Source: Candidatus Fermentibacterota bacterium
GTDB taxonomy: Bacteria; Fermentibacterota; Fermentibacteria; Fermentibacterales; Fermentibacteraceae
NCBI GenBank assembly: GCA_012523605.1
Contig: JAAYTY010000056.1
Coordinates: forward strand, 1 to 58,546
Length of the DNA: 58,546 bases
Direction: 5' to 3'
Shown here in pieces: positions 54,918-58,546 of the stretch (position 1 is the stretch's first letter; every line of letters starts with the position of its first letter). Made by a program: the position numbers and the translations under genes. A model generated the notes under the pieces. It did no database searches, was not told where the DNA came from, and saw nothing but the letters and a program-made list of their open reading frames with translations.

Positions 54918-56068
54918 CGCGATATGTGCTCCAGGCTGATTCCTGCAACCGAGAGACTCTTCAGGAGAGTCGCGAACCTGCTTCCCCATTCCGCGCCGGC
55001 AACCGACAGGCTGAGCGCTCTGCTTTCTTCTGAGGTGAACTCGATGGCGTGTTCGAGCGCCTGCTCGAGTGTGAATTCCGGAGCGTAGAGGACGGCTGCG
55101 GCAAGGGGATCCTGCCGGAGACTGTCGAGCCCCGTCGCATAGACAGGCCTCCCGCATGCAAGATACTCGTACACCTTCAACGGGCTGACGCTCGCGGAAA
55201 CCTTGCTGGAAACGAACGGAGCGAGGCAAAGTGAGAAACGCTTCATGTACGCAGGAAGGGCCGCATGGGGACGATGACCGAGCTGACGACCTCCGCGGGC
55301 GACAACACTTTCCACCCGGCTCGTGCAATCCGGGTCGGTTTTTCCGATAAGCAGAAGCTCGCCGTTTCTTTCTCTGGCCAGCTCGGCAGCCCGGGCTAGG
55401 AGCTCGAAATCGACGTGCTTGAAAAGTGTCCCCGCGAAACCTATTACAGGACCTGTGACGAAGGGCCAATCCGCAGGAGGTGAAGCGTCATCGGTATTGA
55501 AAAGGAGGGAGTCGAAACCATTCGGAATCACGGAATGGCATCTGGTTCGGGCTCCGTACTTGCCCTCCAGCACCGGTGAAGTGAATACACAGAGGTCTGC
55601 ATTGCCGAGCAGCCATTCGGTTCCTGGTCGAAGCCTGCGACCGCCGTACTCCGGCAGTATGTAATCGTCCACCATGTCGAACACGATGTTATCGGGCTCG
55701 AGAAAACGAACAGCATCGGAGTACCGGGGATCGTAGATCCATAGAGTCCCCACTGTCAGGCCCAGATCATCCAGTGCATGTCTTATCTGGCGCGACCATG
55801 ACGAATGGTCGATCAGGCTGGGCAGTCTGCCGTGCCTGAACGGGAGCGCCATCGTGGGCGTTAGAACGGTAAGCCCCGGCTTGACTCTCCTTGTTCGAGG
55901 CTTGAAGACAGGGCTGAGTCGATCGGATGAAAGCAGCTTGTTCCACGATTGCGACGGTTCTACGAAAAGCACGGGTACGCCCCTGTCGGCGAAGCGGGTC
56001 ATGAAGTGCTGCCTTCTGGACGAGAATCCGTCCCAGAACCCGCCTATGCAGACGATTGCCTTCTGCAT
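54914..56068 (-). CDS. GT-B glycosyltransferase (TuaH-like)
   Basis: Motifs seen: MQKAIVCIGGFWDG..SRRQH, VIPNGFD and SPLKVYEYLACGRPV. The start is either ATG 56068 or TTG 56083. Confidence 0.6.
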   Translation of the reverse strand: MQKAIVCIGGFWDGFSSRRQHFMTRFADRGVPVLFVEPSQSWNKLLSSDRLSPVFKPRTRRVKPGLTVLTPTMALPFRHGRLPSLIDHSSWSRQIRHALDDLGLTVGTLWIYDPRYSDAVRFLEPDNIVFDMVDDYILPEYGGRRLRPGTEWLLGNADLCVFTSPVLEGKYGARTRCHSVIPNGFDSLLFNTDDASPPADWPFVTGPVIGFAGTLFKHVDFELLARAAELARERNGELLLIGKTDPDCTSRVESVVARGGRQLGHRPHAALPAYMKRFSLCLAPFVSSKVSASVSPLKVYEYLACGRPVYATGLDSLRQDPLAAAVLYAPEFTLEQALEHAIEFTSEESRALSLSVAGAEWGSRFATLLKSLSVAGISLEHISR

Positions 56069-56070
56069 CT

Positions 56071-57819
56071 TCAAGACCTGCAATCATTCGAGCGGCATGG
56101 GGCAATGCTGAACGACAGCAGTTTGCAGTCATCGGAATGCAGGATTATGAGATGAGCCTCTTCCAGGGAATCGTATTCGGGTGATCGCACGGTACGACCT
56201 GTTTCAACAGGCACGCTTGCGGAGAAAACCAGACGGTTCTGATCCCACCGAAGCCTCAGCTCGCGGGGTGATTCCTGTTCCAGCTGCCACTGCGATGGTA
56301 TCACCAGACGCACAGAAAAACCAGCAGCTGCCGAGTCGTTCGACTCCATACGGTCCGTCACCTCGAGTGCGCCATCCACGAGTCTGAGAGAGCGGCCCAG
56401 CTCGAAGTCATTGTACTTCACGGAGACACCTGCAGTGAACCCCCGCGGATCCTCGGAAGCTGTAAAGTGCCTCTGCACAGGCAACCACGATTCGAGATCG
56501 AAGGGTCCACTCGGATGGAAGCTGAAATAGTGCAGACCGGCATCGGGTACGGGACCGTTGTGAGCATGCATCGAGCGCAAGCGGTTCCTCATGCCGAGGT
56601 CACGATTGTAGGATCCCGTTCCGGGATCCACGATCAGCTGTCTACCCGAGTATGAGCAGCAGAGTTGGAGCAGGTCCTCATGATTGTGACCTCCCAGGCC
56701 CTGTTGACCTACGGGCTGCGCTGCCAGCACTGCCTCCAGGTCACCGAGTCTCAAGGTCACAATTCCGGATTCGGGCCTCGATCTGAAAGGGGGCCTTCTG
56801 TCAGGCTCCTCTCCGAAGATGCTTTCGTAGAGCGTGGCCATCATCGAAGGCATCTCGGGGCCGCGGGGCGTCACCCAGACTCCCGAATCGTCATCACCCA
56901 GCTGAGGCAGATTCCCACCGGCGTCGACGACGTCGAAAATCACCGAGAACATCATCCGAAGCCGCTCGAGGTAGCTTTCTTCCATTGCGAGGCCGGTCTT
57001 CTTCAGCATCAGTGCTGCGTGGGCAAACATGTCCAGGACCTGGAAATGGTAGGGAAGCGAGCCTTCGAAGGTCATGCCATCCGCCATGACCTGCTGTTCC
57101 ATGCAGAGCTCTATGCCCTCGATGGCCGAGCGGAGCCAGCGGGGGGAATCAGGATGCCCGGGCAGGGCGATCGCAAGGGCCAGCAAACCGCAGTAGTTGG
57201 CGGTGGTATGGTTCGTCGTCAGGCCGCTGCCCTTGATCTCCGGATTGCGGCAGACGTACTCCGCATGGATGGCGAGGAACCTCCCGAGGAACATGACGGA
57301 TGCGGGGTTTCCCTGCACATAGTCACTCCATGAAGCGACTGCCAGGACGACATTGAATGCCCTCCTGGCGCACTCCATAGGGGACAGCCAGTTGATCCCC
57401 ATCCCTGGCGGATTCATTACCGCCCATCGTCGCACATCACGCTCCCAGATGCCGAACAAGCCGTCGTCATCCCTGCATGAAGCCGCCATAGATACAGCTT
57501 CCCGGAAGGAGGATCTCTGCCAGACAGCCTTGGGGTCGTAGCCCGAACCATATCTCAGCCTCAGGAGCGGGTAAGGAATAGCCGGGAATCGATATCCGGA
57601 TACTGGATCAGTGTGCCAATCGAGTTCAGCACCCGAAGCCGGAAGGCCGGTTTTTTGATTGTGTCCATGTTCAGCAAGCTGTTCGAGATACCTTTCGGGG
57701 AGATAATCGATCTTTTCGACGGGTGGCGAAGGCCTGGTTGAAATCCTGGAGCAGTATCTCCTGAAGGAGATCCACTCGGCGATGCGGCCGGCCAACCCAA
57801 GGAAACCGGAAGGAGTCAT
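56071..57819 (-). CDS. Heparinase II/III-like protein (polysaccharide lyase or uronyl C5-epimerase fold)
   Basis: It has an N-terminal alpha/alpha-toroid-like region and GGHNHEDLL.. followed by a beta-rich C-terminus, the layout typical of Hepar_II_III family proteins found in glycan loci. Confidence 0.6.
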   Translation of the reverse strand: MTPSGFLGLAGRIAEWISFRRYCSRISTRPSPPVEKIDYLPERYLEQLAEHGHNQKTGLPASGAELDWHTDPVSGYRFPAIPYPLLRLRYGSGYDPKAVWQRSSFREAVSMAASCRDDDGLFGIWERDVRRWAVMNPPGMGINWLSPMECARRAFNVVLAVASWSDYVQGNPASVMFLGRFLAIHAEYVCRNPEIKGSGLTTNHTTANYCGLLALAIALPGHPDSPRWLRSAIEGIELCMEQQVMADGMTFEGSLPYHFQVLDMFAHAALMLKKTGLAMEESYLERLRMMFSVIFDVVDAGGNLPQLGDDDSGVWVTPRGPEMPSMMATLYESIFGEEPDRRPPFRSRPESGIVTLRLGDLEAVLAAQPVGQQGLGGHNHEDLLQLCCSYSGRQLIVDPGTGSYNRDLGMRNRLRSMHAHNGPVPDAGLHYFSFHPSGPFDLESWLPVQRHFTASEDPRGFTAGVSVKYNDFELGRSLRLVDGALEVTDRMESNDSAAAGFSVRLVIPSQWQLEQESPRELRLRWDQNRLVFSASVPVETGRTVRSPEYDSLEEAHLIILHSDDCKLLSFSIAPCRSNDCRS

Positions 57820-57934
57820 CTCCCCGTCTCCCGGCTGTATTCATGGTAGGCACTCGTGGAGAGCCAGGCAGGTTCATCATCGGTGCAGGAGCATTCAGCC
57901 TGTATCGCCGGTGCGTGCAAGGACCTCGTGGCGA

Positions 57935-58546
57935 TCATGAACCCGGCCCCTCTGCACCGTGAGACGAGGATGCCGGGAGAACCGTCCCGGGGGCCGGGGC
58001 CTGGCGTCTATCGGCAAGCTCCTTCGAGCTCAACGCTGAAACACACGCCACAAGCACGACCAGCGCCGACTGTGCGTATCCGCTGCCGCCTGCTATCATG
58101 AGAATGCACTCCAGAACGAGAAGCATGGACAGGAAGAGCCAGGCTGCTTCCGAGCTCCTGGCAGAGCTCGTTCGTCCCGCGCCTACAAGCATTCTGACGC
58201 AGGTTGAGAGCGGTGCGAGTATGAACAGGATGATGAAACCCAGGCCGAACAATCCGAACAGACCCAGCAGGGAAATGTAGGCACCATGCCCACCGACGGT
58301 CTCGATAGCCCCGGTCTCCTCGCTGCTCAGAGCCGCGATACCGGAGCCGATCAGCGGGTTCTCTCTCCAGTGCTCGAACAGGCTTTTGTAGCCTCCTACC
58401 TGGCTCTCCTCGGTATCGAATTGTCTCGTACCCTGCAGGAGCTGTGCTATCCTGGCGAACTGCCTGGAGGCCACCGGCTGACTATCCCCGGCGGATATCC
58501 TGGTCAGGAGTATGTATGCGATCGCAATGGGGATAAGGGTTCTGAA
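57935..58546 (-). CDS. O-antigen ligase/polymerase (Wzy-like) membrane protein, 5'-partial (open to window edge)
   Basis: The frame was verified open from 58474 to 58546 (FRTLIPIAIAYILLT...). Motifs seen: FEHWRENPLIGSGIAAL and C-terminal TM segments. Confidence 0.5.
   Translation of the reverse strand, partial: FRTLIPIAIAYILLTRISAGDSQPVASRQFARIAQLLQGTRQFDTEESQVGGYKSLFEHWRENPLIGSGIAALSSEETGAIETVGGHGAYISLLGLFGLFGLGFIILFILAPLSTCVRMLVGAGRTSSARSSEAAWLFLSMLLVLECILMIAGGSGYAQSALVVLVACVSALSSKELADRRQAPAPGTVLPASSSHGAEGPGS

Noticed and set aside
1-58546. I looked for CRISPR arrays, tRNA or rRNA genes, IS elements, integrases and prophage genes.
   Set aside because: No periodic direct repeats, cloverleaf-sized conserved segments, or transposase, integrase or phage-like ORFs were seen. 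The intergenic space is too small (the largest gaps are about 170-250 bp). The only notable repeat is the inverted repeat at 21587-21733.

Overview
A 58.5 kb window from a high-GC, apparently uncultured bacterium. Three secreted proteins carry FlgD/T9SS-like C-terminal sorting domains, which suggests an FCB-type lineage; this taxonomy is an inference only. No rRNA, tRNA, CRISPR array, transposase or integrase was recognised. About 50 protein genes are packed tightly, mostly on the minus strand. (1) 0.7-20.5 kb is a roughly 17-gene, translationally coupled cell-envelope glycan operon. It holds a polyprenol-P-mannose synthase, a GT-C-like membrane protein, a GT-B and a GT2 transferase, a FemAB-like protein, murB, two MOP flippases, rfbA/rfbB/uxs, a Wza-like exporter, a Wzz-like protein and an iron-sulfur flavoprotein. 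Two large paralogous beta-propeller secreted proteins are embedded in it. (2) 20.5-35.5 kb contains an Omp85-like barrel, a 147-bp element with perfect 27-bp inverted repeats, an extended SppA protease, a DUF1015 operon, addB/addA, and a gingipain-like C25 peptidase. (3) 35.7-45.3 kb is an operon with a GT4 transferase, a SpoIIE-type phosphatase sensor, gmd, and an unusual lar (nickel-pincer cofactor) cluster followed by an epimerase. The lar cluster runs larC (interrupted by an in-frame TAG), a thioredoxin-fold protein with CxxT instead of CxxC, a HydE-family radical SAM enzyme, a 55-aa ORF ending in Gly-Gly, and larB. No larE or larA is present in the window. (4) 45.4-57.9 kb is a clearly lower-GC glycan-modification island. 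It holds a deacetylase-like protein, DUF354, an ATP-grasp enzyme, a phosphatidylserine-decarboxylase-like protein, four GT-B transferases, an LbH acetyltransferase, an AsnB-like protein and a heparinase II/III-like protein. A partial Wzy/O-antigen-ligase-like gene follows at the window edge. All functional calls come from motif recognition by eye, with no database search. Many long ORFs in the track are antisense or out-of-frame shadows typical of high-GC DNA.
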